Notes under the pieces: generated by a model | Database searches by the model: none | What the model was told of the DNA's origin: nothing | What the model saw: only the letters and a program-made list of their open reading frames with translations | Made by a program: the position numbers and the translations under genes | Shown here: piece by piece, positions 1 to 13,803 of the stretch | Position numbering within the stretch: the first letter of the stretch is position 1 | Layout: the number at the start of each line of letters is the position of its first letter | Origin: Octopus bimaculoides | Taxonomy: Eukaryota | Direction of reading: 5' to 3' | DNA length: 64,000 nt | Assembly (NCBI RefSeq): GCF_001194135.2 | Contig: NC_068985.1 | Coordinates: 55,212,449-55,276,448, forward strand

Positions 1-3000
1 CAGCTGCTATTCCTGGTGTTCTTTGGGTCGGGGCAAGCTTCAAGGATTGGATACCGCAAGACAGACTCGCAGTCGACGAAAGGAAAACTGAGGTAAAGCG
101 ATTACATCTACTCGCACGCATACACCACAAGAGAGACGTCCATGTATATGTATATTTTTTGCATATTTGTAAAAAAAAGACTAACATCAATGCAAAAAAA
201 AAAAAAAATAGAAAGCAAAAGTAAAAAATGGCATTTCACACTGTGTTATAAACACTTTCTTGTGAATTTCACATTAGAAATAATGTATAAACAATGATTG
301 GTCTATTGAAAACCTGTAAGTAATGATGTCATTATTGACTGATTGTGATGTATTAATTAACAAAATATAAATGTATAAATAAATTAATAAATATGTCAGT
401 TATAAGGATACCACTTGTAGATTTTGTCCTTATGTTGTGTATCTAAGGCAGAACAGCCTGACGTAACTTGCCAGCTCACTCCAGTTGTACTCCACAGGTA
501 ATAGGTCAGATAGAACTTACAAATAGATCCTTATCCTATATATATAGTCAGCCTGACAGAGCTTGCCAGTTCACCCTACTTTAAGTTGTACCCTACAAGT
601 AGTTGACTTGATACACCTTACTAACACACCCTTCTCAAGGTTATACCTCACAGTTAGACAGCCTGACAGACCTTAGTGGCTTGCCTTTCCCCAAGCTCTA
701 TACTAACCACAGTGGTAACATGAACTCAGCACTGTATATTAACAAAGTACTCTTTAAGTTTACAGTGCTGCCAATATTTACAGCTGTGAATTGTTCTTAT
801 GTGCTGCATTTTGCAGCATGGCATTGTATAAGACACACTCTGATTATACTACCATGGGTAATATCAGGAAAAATGGTATACATAAAATAATTGTAATTTA
901 ACTTATCAAATTTCTATACAAAATGAAATGTAAACTAATTTCTGAAAGAAAAATATTTATTCGCTTAAAATTAAAATTGAACCAATTTCTCAATTGTATA
1001 ACCATAACTACTCTCGCTCTCATATATTCCCTCTCTTTCTGCTACAAACCTTAGTATGTGCATTCATCTTGTATCTCTTAATGTAATTCTCTCTGTATCT
1101 CTCTTTGACTTTCTTTCCCCCTCTCTCTAAAAAATTTAAAGTATGACTAATCAACTAACCAAGATTTATATCAGCTATTACTGTGTAACATGAATTTTGT
1201 CCTTGGGTAGCAACTGTTATTATCTATTTGCTTACCCTTAGAAAGCATGAAAAATGGCTTATATTTCCTTCAAACTTTGCCTTTGCTACATTTATTCAAA
1301 CCCCAAAGAATTTCTCTCAACACATGGCTAGCATGCTCCCCAACTACTACTAGTCATGATCAGAGATGCACATATTGTCAGCCACTAAAGGACATGCTCA
1401 AGTGGTTATGGTCAAGCAACTGACAAGCAAATCTGTGGTATTGAGCAGAATATTTGCTATTATGATATTTCTGCTTCAGCAACTCAGTGATAAATCTGTC
1501 TGAAATATAATGGAACATAGGTTAGTTTCATAATATTCATGTCTGAGTAACACAAGCAAAGTTTGAAGGGAATAGTAGTCATTTCTTTTGATTTCTAGAT
1601 AAAAGCAAATAGGAAATAACACTGACCAAAGACAAACAAAAATTAAAATTTTGTTACATAGTGTTATATATAGAAGGATATCCACCTTACATGCTAGCAT
1701 GCAGTGCATAGTCTGACATAGTTGTTAGGCATTAGATGACTATGTTGTGTTCCATTGCCTCAATTTCAACATGGTTACTTTGGCTTGATGCCCTCTCTAA
1801 TGCCAACTACCTTACAAGGCATACTGGATACTTTATTCATTACACCAGCCTTAGTGAGGTTGTCTTGTAACTAGCAACGCTAAAGAATTGCACCAATGTA
1901 AGAAGAAATTCATTGTAAACTAATATGATATTGTGTTACAACTAAACTGATACTAATTGATTAGAAGCACACTAAGCAGTGTTGACTAAAATATAGGTGT
2001 GCACAATCAGATTTAACATGTTTGTGTACACTCAGCCATAGAAAGATATATACTGCAGAAAGTGTTTCAAGAAAAAAAAAAATTCTTCTTATAGACAATA
2101 TGAGGAAAACACACCATTGAGCCATAAGATGCATGTGTTTCTGCATCATTGCATGTTGTCAGCTATGGATACCAAGTTGTCATTCATAGCCATCAGAAGC
2201 TTTGTCAAATTGGAATTAATTAATTAGAGGCATGCTAAACAGGTTCAAATGAAATATGATTGTACACATCTATATAAAATGATGTTATTGATTTACTTGA
2301 TCAGATAAAAAATGAGTTAATCTTTAATCTGTAAAATATCACTTGAAGAGCATAAATTAACTGATAAAATTTTACAGTAAATAAATACCAAGCCACATAC
2401 CTCTCACCTTTGAGTTTTCTGACTATAATTAGTGCTTATAATGTCTGTTAACACAGCTATTTAAACAATCTTAGCAGTTAATTTATAATTTCATTCCTGG
2501 TATTATTTCCTATTACGAACATTGAACTAAGGTGAAACATATTACATTGTGCACTAGTAAAATAACCTATCCTGCTATCACTAAGTGACTGAGGAATTTA
2601 ATTTCTGGAGAAAAGCTGACACATTTTAAATAGTTTAATACCTAATGTAATGGAATAGAATGAAGAGCTTTGTTGTATCCTTCGTAATGCAGCATGAGTG
2701 CCCTCACTGGCCCCTTTTCTCTCTCTGTTTCAAACTCATGCTTATATTATTCATCACTTGATGAGATTTGGTCTTTTTATTTTTTTTAGATTTGGTCTTT
2801 TTATTATTATTACAATGGTGAACTGGCAGAATTGTTAAAGCATTAACAAAAATGCATTGCAGTTTTTGTTCTGGCTCTTTATTTTCTAAGTTCATATTTT
2901 GCTGAGGTTAATTTTCATCCTTTTGAGGTTGATAAAATAAAATATTAGTCAAGTACTTGTCAGTGTAATTAACTACCCCATTTCCGCCAGGGTTAACTTT

Positions 3001-3334
3001 GATTTTCTTCCCTTTGGGTTGATAAATTAAATACCAGTGAAACACAGGGGTTGATGTAAGTGACTAATCCCCTCCTACAAAATTTGTGCCTTTAGTAGGA
3101 AGGATTATTATTATTATTAAGGTAGTGAGCTGACAAGATCATTAGCATGCTGAGCAAAATGTTTAGTGGTATTTCATCTGTCTTTATGTTCTGAGTTCAA
3201 ATTCCATAAAGGTCAACTTTGCCTTTCATCCTTCCAGGGTCAATAATGTAAGTACTAGTTGCACATTGGGGTTGTTGTAATTGACTTATCCACCCCCCTG
3301 AAAATTGCTGGCTTTGTGCTAAAATTTGAAACCA

Positions 3335-3335
3335 G

Positions 3336-3387
<52 letters not shown>

Positions 3388-3401
3388 CCTCCTCCTCCTC
3401 C
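3335..3401. repeat. (GTT)n(CCT)n microsatellite just upstream of a CCDC191 acceptor
   Basis: Directly visible. Many other (TA)n, (CA)n, (GA)n, (CAT)n, (TATG)n and (TTCA)n tracts occur throughout the window. Confidence 0.95.
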
Positions 3402-3425
3402 TTTAATTTATGTTGGACATTTCAG

Positions 3426-3604
3426 AGAAAAGCTGAACAAGAACAGAGAATGAAAGAGTTGGAAGAATTAAACTCAAAAGCTGATGATTTCTATAGGTTA
3501 TATTTATTGAAAATATATGGAGTTTTACCTTGGAAGGAGTTTATTGCCAAGATACATAACACTGAATCTAAAGCTATTGAAATGGACAAATGTAGAATTC
3601 AGAA
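3426..3604 (+). CDS. CCDC191: CCDC191-like coding exon (internal; upstream exons not found in window)
   Basis: ttcag|AGA...CAG AA|gtaagt. Translates RKAEQEQRMKELEELNSKADDFYRLYLLKIYGVLPWKEFIAKIHNTESKAIEMDKCRIQK, matching the A..FY...LL.K.G..PW pattern I recall for the CCDC191 C-terminal region. Phase 2 end fits the next exon. Confidence 0.85.
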
Positions 3605-4418
3605 GTAAGTATTCTTTTGATGAATAAGTTCATGTGTTGTTTTGGGTTCAGACCTTTTTCTTATTTCTTCAAAGCAAGACCCTGCTAGTGGTGTCAGAAC
3701 ACACATCTCATCATGGCACAGTAACACATAAAAGGCACCTGTGCTGGTGACGTATAGGCTACCTATGCCTGTGACATGTAAAAGACACCCACTACAGTTT
3801 GTAAACTGGTTGGCATTAGGGAGGGTATCCCACCAGAGAAACCAAGCCAAAACAGATGACTGAATCCTGCTGCAGCTCTCCAGCTTACCAACTCCACTCA
3901 AACTGTCTAAGCTATGCCAGCATGGAAAATGGACATTAAATAATAATGATGATGATGATGATGTTGACAACACTGCTGCCATTGAGGATGACAAATTATA
4001 TTAACTGGTTTATATGTGCTCAAATTTCTTTGGGCTTTTTTTTACCCTATAGAATTAGCTTCTTTTAGTCTCTAACTCTGGATAACATTGATCACTGTTT
4101 AACATTGACATAAAATAAAGATAGAGTGCCACTACCTATATATATAGACTTCTGTCAGACATAGATAAAATATAGATAGATCATTGTCTAACATAATTAA
4201 AGTAGAAAGACTATAGAACGCTATCTAATATAATCAATTTAAATAAAATCTTGTTTAATGTAGATAGAATATAGACTAGTGTATCACTGTCAAACATAGT
4301 CAGGTATATAGTTAGAATATAGATAATCTTTTGTACCATTAACTTATAATATAGAAAGACTATAGAACCACTACTACCATCAACTTGTCATCATCATCAT
4401 CAATTAATTTATTTTCAG

Positions 4419-4536
4419 AAAAATTTTAATGGGCTGGCACAACCATGTCCAAAAATTAATCAGTGTGAAAACCAACTCTGCTGACATCTTCTATGAAAAA
4501 ACCTTAGTCAGGCGTCACTTCATCTGTTGGAAGAAT
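4419..4536 (+). CDS. CCDC191: CCDC191-like coding exon
   Basis: ttttcag|A AAA ATT...AAG AAT|gtaagt. KILMGWHNHVQKLISVKTNSADIFYEKTLVRRHFICWKN; phase consistent with both neighbours. Confidence 0.85.
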
Positions 4537-4747
4537 GTAAGTGTTTTGCATTGAAAAGTTAATTTTTAAAGAGATTTATGAGCTAAAAACACAGGGCTTT
4601 GAGAGGTTTTTCTGAGATAAAGTATTACAAATAATGCTGTTCCACATTTGAATATACATCATAAGAACCCAAAACCACTTGGTTACAAAGCAAGCTTCTT
4701 AACCATACAGCCACACACACACACACTCACACTGGTATGTGTCTCTA

Positions 4748-4790
<43 letters not shown>

Positions 4791-5580
4791 NNNNNNNNNN
4801 NNNNNNNNNNNNNNNNNNNNNNNNNNNNNNNNNNNNNNNNNNNNNNNNNNNNNNNNNNNNNNNNNNNNNNNNNNNNNNNNNNNNNNNNNNNNNNNNNNNN
4901 NNNNNNNNNNNNNNNNNNNNNNNNNNNNNNNNNNNNNNNNNNNNNNNNNNNNNNNNNNNNNNNNNNNNNNNNNNNNNNNNNNNNNNNNNNNNNNNNNNNN
5001 NNNNNNNNNNNNNNNNNNNNNNNNNNNNNNNNNNNNNNNNNNNNNNNNNNNNNNNNNNNNNNNNNNNNNNNNNNNNNNNNNNNNNNNNNNNNNNNNNNNN
5101 NNNNNNNNNNNNNNNNNNNNNNNNNNNNNNNNNNNNNNNNNNNNNNNNNNNNNNNNNNNNNNNNNNNNNNNNNNNNNNNNNNNNNNNNNNNNNNNNNNNN
5201 NNNNNNNNNNNNNNNNNNNNNNNNNNNNNNNNNNNNNNNNNNNNNNNNNNNNNNNNNNNNNNNNNNNNNNNNNNNNNNNNNNNNNNNNNNNNNNNNNNNN
5301 NNNNNNNNNNNNNNNNNNNNNNNNNNNNNNNNNNNNNNNNNNNNNNNNNNNNNNNNNNNNNNNNNNNNNNNNNNNNNNNNNNNNNNNNNNNNNNNNNNNN
5401 NNNNNNNNNNNNNNNNNNNNNNNNNNNNNNNNNNNNNNNNNNNNNNNNNNNNNNNNNNNNNNNNNNNNNNNNNNNNNNNNNNNNNNNNNNNNNNNNNNNN
5501 NNNNNNNNNNNNNNNNNNNNNNNNNNNNNNNNNNNNNNNNNNNNNNNNNNNNNNNNNNNNNNNNNNNNNNNNNNNNNNNN

Positions 5581-5613
<33 letters not shown>

Positions 5614-5977
5614 CTTTTAAATTTGTTTATGATAATGTTTACAATATGCAAATAAAGTTCCTACTCCATTATGCCAGCCACCATCTAATTATGTTACTAG
5701 TGAGCCAGTTTTTCGGGGGTTGCATCAATTTATATCGATATAATGTAGGATAAATATAATAATAATAACAATAATCCTAGGATGGAATTCATAAATATTT
5801 AATGCATCGGTACATGCATTTCCACAAATCACATGACTTTTAAGAGTCATGTGATTTGTGGAAACACATGTAGCAATGTATCAAATATTTATAAATTCCA
5901 TCCTAGGGTTATTGTTGTTATTATATATATTGCTATTCTCCAGCAAATATCGGTACCTTGTTGTACCATTCTTATGA

Positions 5978-6020
<43 letters not shown>

Positions 6021-6494
6021 ATATATTATATATATATATATANNNNNNNNNNNNNNNNNNNNNNNNNNNNNNNNNNNNNNNNNNNNNNNNNNNNNNNNNN
6101 NNNNNNNNNNNNNNNNNNNNNNNNNNNNNNNNNNNNNNNNNNNNNNNNNNNNNNNNNNNNNNNNNNNNNNNNNNNNNNNNNNNNNNNNNNNNNNNNNNNN
6201 NNNNNNNNNNNNNNNNNNNNNNNNNNNNNNNNNNNNNNNNNNNNNNNNNNNNNNNNNNNNNNNNNNNNNNNNNNNNNNNNNNNNNNNNNNNNNNNNNNNN
6301 NNNNNNNNNNNNNNNNNNNNNNNNNNNNNNNNNNNNNNNNNNNNNNNNNNNNNNNNNNNNNNNNNNNNNNNNNNNNNNNNNNNNNNNNNNNNNNNNNNNN
6401 NNNNNNNNNNNNNNNNNNNNNNNNNNNNNNNNNNNNNNNNNNNNNNNNNNNNNNNNNNNNNNNNNNNNNNNNNNNNNNNNNNNNNNNNNNNNNN

Positions 6495-6555
<61 letters not shown>

Positions 6556-7540
6556 TTAACGTATGTTTTCCATACTGGTATGGGTTGGATGGTTTGACTG
6601 GTGTTGGTAAGACCAGAGGCCACATCAGACTCCATCATCTGTTCTGGCATGGTGTCTACAACTGGTTACCCTTCCTAACACCAATCACTCCACAGAATGT
6701 ACTGGGTGCTTTTTATATGACACCAGTGCATTTAATATGGCACCAATATGAGTGCTTTTTATGTGGCACCAACACCAATATCAATTCCACATTCTTTAAC
6801 AGTTTAAAACCTACTTTTCCATGCTCCAGTGGGTCAGATGGAATTTGTCGAGGCAGATTTTCTATGCTATGATCAGACACCATTTTTCACCTGTTTTCAA
6901 GCAAGATAATATTTTTCTTTGATCAGGCATATTTTTTTTACAGAAGACTGGAAATGAACACCATCACTTGTATAAGTGATGTTCATTCACAGACTTCACA
7001 TAACATCAAGACAAGGGTACACACAAATACATGCCCACACTTACACACACACACACACACACACACATACACATATATGAAATCATGGTCATAGCCAGTG
7101 CTGATGACATGTGAAAGGCACCCATGCTGGTAACACATGAGAGGCACTTGTGCCAGTGGCATGTAAAAGATACTTGTGCCAGTGGCATGTAAAAGGCACC
7201 TATGCTGGTGAAATGTAAAAACACCCAGTACACTCTATGGAGTGGTCTGCATTAAGAAGGGCATTCAGCCGTAGAAACCAAGCCAAAACAGACTGGAGTC
7301 TGGTGCAGCTCTCCAGCTTACCAGCTCCAGTCAAATCCTCTTACATATTCCAGCATAGAAAATGGATGCTAAATGATGATGAGGATGATATATATACAAT
7401 AGACTCCTTTCAGTTTCTGTCTACCAAATCCACCTGCAAGGCTTTGGCTAGGCTGATCATTCTAGTAGAAGACACTTGCCCAAGGTGGTGTGTAGTGGAA
7501 CTGAACCCAAAACCACCTAGTTGCAAAGCAAGCTTCTTAA

Positions 7541-7616
<76 letters not shown>

Positions 7617-7660
7617 TATCTGGTTTAAAGAAGAATAAACTAAAACATTATTTTATGCAG

Positions 7661-7815
7661 CATAAGAATTACCAACTTGCCTTAGAGAAGAAAGCGAAAA
7701 AGTATTTTGCAAGCAATCTCTGCCGTACAGTCTTCACTGCTTGGGTGACTTATGCAAATGAACAAACTATTGCATCATGGGAACAAGAAGAACTTGCCCA
7801 AAAGTTTTATCTCAC
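7661..7815 (+). CDS. CCDC191: CCDC191-like coding exon
   Basis: ttttatgcag|CAT...CTC AC|gtaagt. HKNYQLALEKKAKKYFASNLCRTVFTAWVTYANEQTIASWEQEELAQKFYL. Confidence 0.85.
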
Positions 7816-8322
7816 GTAAGTTTATTAATTTCTTTATTCATCTCTTATTGTTTGGAATGAATAATGAGACAGAAACTGATAAGAATTCACTTGTTACCAT
7901 GTAGGGGCACATGGCTCAGTGGTTAGGGTGTTGTGATCATGATCCAGTCCACTCAGCTGGCAAAATTACGTAATCCTGTGATGGCTGCCCAGGTAGGAAA
8001 TATATACACCACAGAGTCCAGAACACCAGCTTTGTGAGCCTATGTACCAGGAAGCACCTTTGATCCTTTTGTTGCAATATCAGAGTATCAATCAGATGTC
8101 TTACACCACATTGTTTTACTTTTCAAATGATGCCACCCTACTGGTTAGGCAGGCAGGATGACATTACCCTCAAATAGAATACCAGTCTTTTGTGGGGTTA
8201 CCTATTTACAGCTAAGTGGACTGAAGCAATGTGAAATGAAGTGTTTTGCTCAAGAACACAATGCACCACTGGTCTGGGAATTGAAACCACATTTGCAAGA
8301 TCATGAGTGCAACACCCTAACC

Positions 8323-8643
8323 CAGTGATTCTCAACAATTTTTTGTCTGTGGACCCCTATGATTATTATTTTATTCTGGTGGCACCCCATAGCCATTTGA
8401 TGTTTTATAACTAGTTTTATAGATACTCCTTTTGAAATTCCTATTTTATTTTTCACACATTAACTTGTGTAAGTTGAACTATGTAAAACGTTTGAGAAAG
8501 AAACCTAGCTATTTCTTACAATAAATACATTTGAAGCAAACTTCTTCCATGGATCTTTAATATACTACTGTGGGTACCCAATTTACTATTTTGCTTGCAA
8601 GGATCCCCCAAAATCTTATTTGGACCTTGTCTGAGAACCACTG
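8323..8643. mobile_element. hAT (Charlie-type) MITE
   Basis: TIRs CAGTGATTCTCAAC / TGAGAACCACTG with a perfect 8-bp TSD CCCTAACC on both sides. Confidence 0.88.
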
Positions 8644-9814
8644 CCCTAACCACNNNNNNNNNNNNNNNNNNNNNNNNNNNNNNNNNNNNNNNNNNNNNNN
8701 NNNNNNNNNNNNNNNNNNNNNNNNNNNNNNNNNNNNNNNNNNNNNNNNNNNNNNNNNNNNNNNNNNNNNNNNNNNNNNNNNNNNNNNNNNNNNNNNNNNN
8801 NNNNNNNNNNNNNNNNNNNNNNNNNNNNNNNNNNNNNNNNNNNNNNNNNNNNNNNNNNNNNNNNNNNNNNNNNNNNNNNNNNNNNNNNNNNNNNNNNNNN
8901 NNNNNNNNNNNNNNNNNNNNNNNNNNNNNNNNNNNNNNNNNNNNNNNNNNNNNNNNNNNNNNNNNNNNNNNNNNNNNNNNNNNNNNNNNNNNNNNNNNNN
9001 NNNNNNNNNNNNNNNNNNNNNNNNNNNNNNNNNNNTATATATATATATATATATATTTTTTTATTTATTTATTTATGATGGTGCTTCTAGCATGGCTGCA
9101 GATAAATGACTGAAACAAATAAAAGAGTATATATAGGGTAACATTACATCAGAAGTTAAGTTTCTAGATCTAATCTCAGACGAGAAATGTAGAAATAGAA
9201 TAAATAGTAGGGTTCAAGGGCTAGTAAGGAAACCTTTATGTGACCACTTGACTTGTGACCTATGTATGACATAAGGCAGCTAATTGATAGGATTGTTAGA
9301 ATATCAGATCAAATGCTTTGTTTTATTTGTATATTCATATGTGTGTGTAGTTAAGACGCTTGCTTCACAAGCCATTTATGTGCCACCTGCAATGGTGTCA
9401 GTTACGTGACACCAGTATCAACCACGATTACAATTTTACTTGGCTTGATGAGTCTTCTGAAACACAGCATTTCACCAAAGAGTAAAATAATAATTCCAGC
9501 TTACAGTAAGGGTCCTGGGTTCAGTTCCAACACATTCCTTGTACTCTGATATTGACTTTGCCTTTTATCTCTCAGGAGGCAATAAATAAATTACCAATCA
9601 AGAACACTGTATTGGCAGAACTGTGACTGGGTCAGGGGAGCTACTTTGTTGTATCTGTTGTGGCTCTGTGTTATAATGACAATATTGGTGCCAAGCTGAG
9701 TTGGTCCATGTCAGAGATGCTTCCCTGGGATTAATACTGACAGTGGAGATACCAATGATGCCAGTGCCACAGACAATAATACCTTTACAATTATTTCTTT
9801 GTATATTTTTACAG

Positions 9815-9968
9815 ACATCTACTTCAGAAAATGCTGAATTCTTGGAAACTTTTACCTGATATTCAAAGAAAGGAACAGGAGCGTCATCAAAGAAAAAATG
9901 AACTACGCCACAAAGTGGCAATGCTTCTGCCAGACTTCTATGCTAGTATTGACAGTCAAGTGGAATAA
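9815..9968 (+). CDS. CCDC191: CCDC191-like terminal coding exon
   Basis: tttttacag|A CAT...GAA TAA. HLLQKMLNSWKLLPDIQRKEQERHQRKNELRHKVAMLLPDFYASIDSQVE*; the LR.KV...LPDF ending is typical of CCDC191. AATAAA at 10402 and 10488. Confidence 0.88.
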
Positions 9969-12588
9969 CATGGAGAACTAGTTGTGTGTATGTGACGGGC
10001 AGATGTAAAAATATCATCATATCCACTTAAAAAGGTTTTGTCTTGTACGTTTTCCCAGTCACTGAAAAGTTATGGAAGAAATCCAGAAGTATGAAACAGT
10101 GGATCATAGTTATTTGCCTCTGATCAGGGCTTCTCAGGAGACATGATGACAATGACGATGATAGTGATGCTGACAAAACGGCAATTATGATGATGGTCAT
10201 GACTGCAATGGCAATAGTGATGATGATGACAATGTCAATGATAATGATGACAGTTGTGATACTGCAGCTGATGATAACAATGATGAGGATACATGTACAC
10301 GCATGTGTACACACATGCACAAAGCCATTCAGGAAAGCTGAGTTTGCTTCTTTTTTTTTTGTAATTTCATTTGAGAGAAATAGACATTGGCTGTAAATTG
10401 GAATAAATCTGTTCCATTTCTTTTTCACCAATTCCATAGAATCATACAGCACTGTTAAAATATACATACATATCTTTATGTAACCAAAAATAAAAAAAAA
10501 TCAACCAACAGAAATCATTGTGAAAGTATCAACTGAAGAATTTTCATTCAATGGTGGTGCCCCAGCATGACCAGAGGTCACAGGCTGAAGGTGGTAAAAG
10601 AGTAAAATAATAATTCCAGCTTACAGTAAGGATGGAAAAAAAATATTTCCTGACATTCAAGAAATATTTACTTTGTATGTTCTTAATTTTAATACTGAAA
10701 TAAACGAAGCATTAATTTATTGAAACTCTTTTTAGTTCTTGACTTTCTTTTTCAAAGCCTTGTGAGTAGATTTAGAAAATGGAAACTTGAAGAAGCCTAT
10801 TGTGTATGTATGTGTGTGTGTGTGTACTCTTATCTAGACATCATGTGATGGGTGTAAATTTGTATCGCCATCATACAAGCAAGGTGGTTTGTTTCCAGTC
10901 TTCCATGAGAAACATGTTTAGGTCTGGGAGAATATTGCCTTGCTCGGGAACAGGTGAGGGTTGGCATTAGAAAGGGATCTGACCACAGGAAATATGCTTC
11001 AACAAATTCCATCTGACCCATGTAAACATGGAAAAGTGGAGATTTGATGATGATGATTAACCAAGCTACTACAGAGTTATACTTTTAAGGGGACAAGTAT
11101 GGTCAATTATACTGAAAGGTACTATATTTTATGGACCCTAGAAAGATGAAAAGCAGAGTCAACCATGGCAGAACATGGAAACTCAGAATATATCTAAATG
11201 CTGCAAGAAAATGCTTGTCATCATTTAACGTCCATCTTCCAAACGACGATAATGATGACAAATGATGTCATCATTCTATCAATTCACTATTCTTTTTTAT
11301 CTGCTTATCCCTGCTTACATGGGTTGGGTGGAATTAGTTGAGGCAGATTTTCTATGGCTGGATAACCTTTTTGTTACCAACCTCCACCTGTTTCTGAACA
11401 AGAGAAATATTTCCCCATGGCCTGACATGTTTTCATTGGAGATTGGAGACAAATCTCACTGTCTTGATTTTATATGACAGTTGCAAGCAAGTGTGTCCCA
11501 GTCATATAAGCAAGAAGATGCAAACAGACACGCACGTGTGTGTGTGTGTACCCGTATGTATGTATATACAAAAACACACATATATAAAAGTTATTGCAAA
11601 AAGTACTTGATACAGTCACAATATTTCGGTTCGGGTTAGATTTTCTTTGAAAGTTATTAACTGTTTAAAAATATTTTTTGAAAAACGGAATGATACAAAC
11701 CTTTTGGAATGAAAAGATTTTAAAATATTTTTATTAGTTAATAACNNNNNNNNNNNNNNNNNNNNNNNNNNNNNNNNNNNNNNNNNNNNNNNNNNNNNNN
11801 NNNNNNNNNNNNNNNNNNNNNNNNNNNNNNNNNNNNNNNNNNNNNNNNNNNNNNNNNNNNNNNNNNNNNNNNNNNNNNNNNNNNNNNNNNNNNNNNNNNN
11901 NNNNNNNNNNNNNNNNNNNNNNNNNNNNNNNNNNNNNNNNNNNNNNNNNNNNNNNNNNNNNNNNNNNNNNNNNNNNNNNNNNNNNNNNNNNNNNNNNNNN
12001 NNNNNNNNNTATCAGACAGTTATAAGTATTTCTTTATTGTATAGTAGTCAGCAATCTTGTTTATGATTTATTAACCTTTCATTACTATTTTTCTAACATT
12101 GACTACAAAAATGTCACATCAACATGGAACTTGTGTAACTGTAGAAGATCAACTGAATGCCCTCTGGAAAATAAATGGCTTATTGAAAATGTAGTTTATA
12201 AATGTTCAGTCACAATATCAGGAATGATCTATAATTATATTGGTATGACTTTAAACAGTTTTACAGTTAGATTACATACTTAGTTGTATAGCTTTAGGAT
12301 AGAAAGTAAAGCCAATTCTACATCATTATCTAAAATGATTTGGGAGCTCAAACACTCAGGTACTGATTATCTTGGTTGGTAATTAGGCACACCATACCAT
12401 ATAAGGGTGGTGGTAGTAATTGGCTGGTGTTGTGCTGAAACACTTGCATTAAAGTGCATCAGTAAATTTGTAAATAATTTTGATGAGATAATTATTAGGT
12501 GCCCACATTTTTTGAGGAAGATCTTTCTGTAAAACACTTAACTAAATTGTTTACCTATTTACTAAGTCAGCTTACGTAGTTACCTATA

Positions 12589-13476
12589 CAAGGTGCATCC
12601 AAAAAGTAACCAACTTTATTTTTTTCCCACCAAAACTAATGCTGCTTGGGCAAAATCCTTTGGGTGAGAGGTAATACCACCCCTCCTGTACATATGTGAA
12701 AATTTTCATGACAGCAGGCTGTGTCAGTTCCCCGTTGTTACACCTAGAGGAAAGACATGTAGTGCACACTTGTCAGATTTTCGTTTTCACTGAACACATT
12801 GAACAGATATATTGCATAAGTTTTGCCAAAACCTTGGTGGTACCCAGGCTCAAACAATTCAGGAGATTTAGCAGGCCTTTGGTAATAATGCCATGGGCAA
12901 AACTCAGATGAAGGATGGATCAAATGCTTCAAACATGGCCATGCCTCAGTGGAGAGTGAGGCACACTCAGGCAGGCCTACCACAAGCTAAAATGAGGAGC
13001 TGATTGAGAAGGTTTGGCAAATATTAATGGAAGATTCATCTAACAATCTGGGAAATTACTCTGCGAAGTGAGAATAATCACTGGACCAGTGCTGCACATG
13101 CAAAGAGTGCTGGCAAAACTCATCCCCAAGGTGCTGGTGGAGCAGCAGAAGTAACTTCACATGGAAATCGCTCAGGACATGCTGGACTGTGCAAACCATG
13201 ACCCAAAACTTCATGAAAACCATCATCACTGGTAATAAGACATGGGTTTATAGTTTCTGCTCAATGCATTCAGTCTTCTTGTGTGAAAACAAAACTCCAA
13301 CGAGCACACACTATATGTCTGTACTCTAGGCATAAGAGCCAGGAACTGACACAAAAATTTTCACACATGAGCAGGAAGGGTGACATCACCTCCCACCCAA
13401 AAGATTTTGCCCATGTGGCATTAGCTTTGGTGGAAAAAAATAAAAATAAAGTTGGAGACACTTTGGACACACCTTG
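12589..13476 (+). mobile_element. Internally deleted mariner element
   Basis: TA-flanked TIRs (caaggtgcatccaaa / tttggacacaccttg). Transposase remnants EQIYCISFAK, WIKCFKHGHASVESEAHSGRPT and IITGNKTWVY. Confidence 0.85.
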
Positions 13477-13751
13477 TAGGTACTTTCACCAATTCATTTC
13501 ACACCTAGTTTAATTAACAATAGTCTCAGTCATAGATCTTTCCTCGGCTGTAAGCTAGGTGTGTGTGTGTATATGTGCATGACTATCTGTATGTGTTGAA
13601 GTTATGTTCTCTATTTGTGATTAAGGACCAGTTGTAGCATATGTTTATTTATCCATATATGGATATGTATATATGGGCTTGTTTGTAGATTTATATGGGT
13701 GTGTGTATATGAGCATACATATTTTTATGAGTGCATATTCTTGGGTATGAA

Positions 13752-13803
<52 letters not shown>

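Noticed and set aside
1-140. CpG-rich open stretch with a donor-like GAG|GTAAAG as a possible CCDC191 exon
   Set aside because: The translation shows no CCDC191-like character; more likely a repeat fragment cut by the window edge.
7904-7960. tRNA-like sequences here and at other SINE heads
   Set aside because: Only degenerate A/B boxes without a full cloverleaf; these are SINE heads, not tRNA genes.
9841-9860. Apparent frameshift in the last CCDC191 exon
   Set aside because: Careful reading (TGG AAA CTT TTA CCT) shows the exon is in frame.
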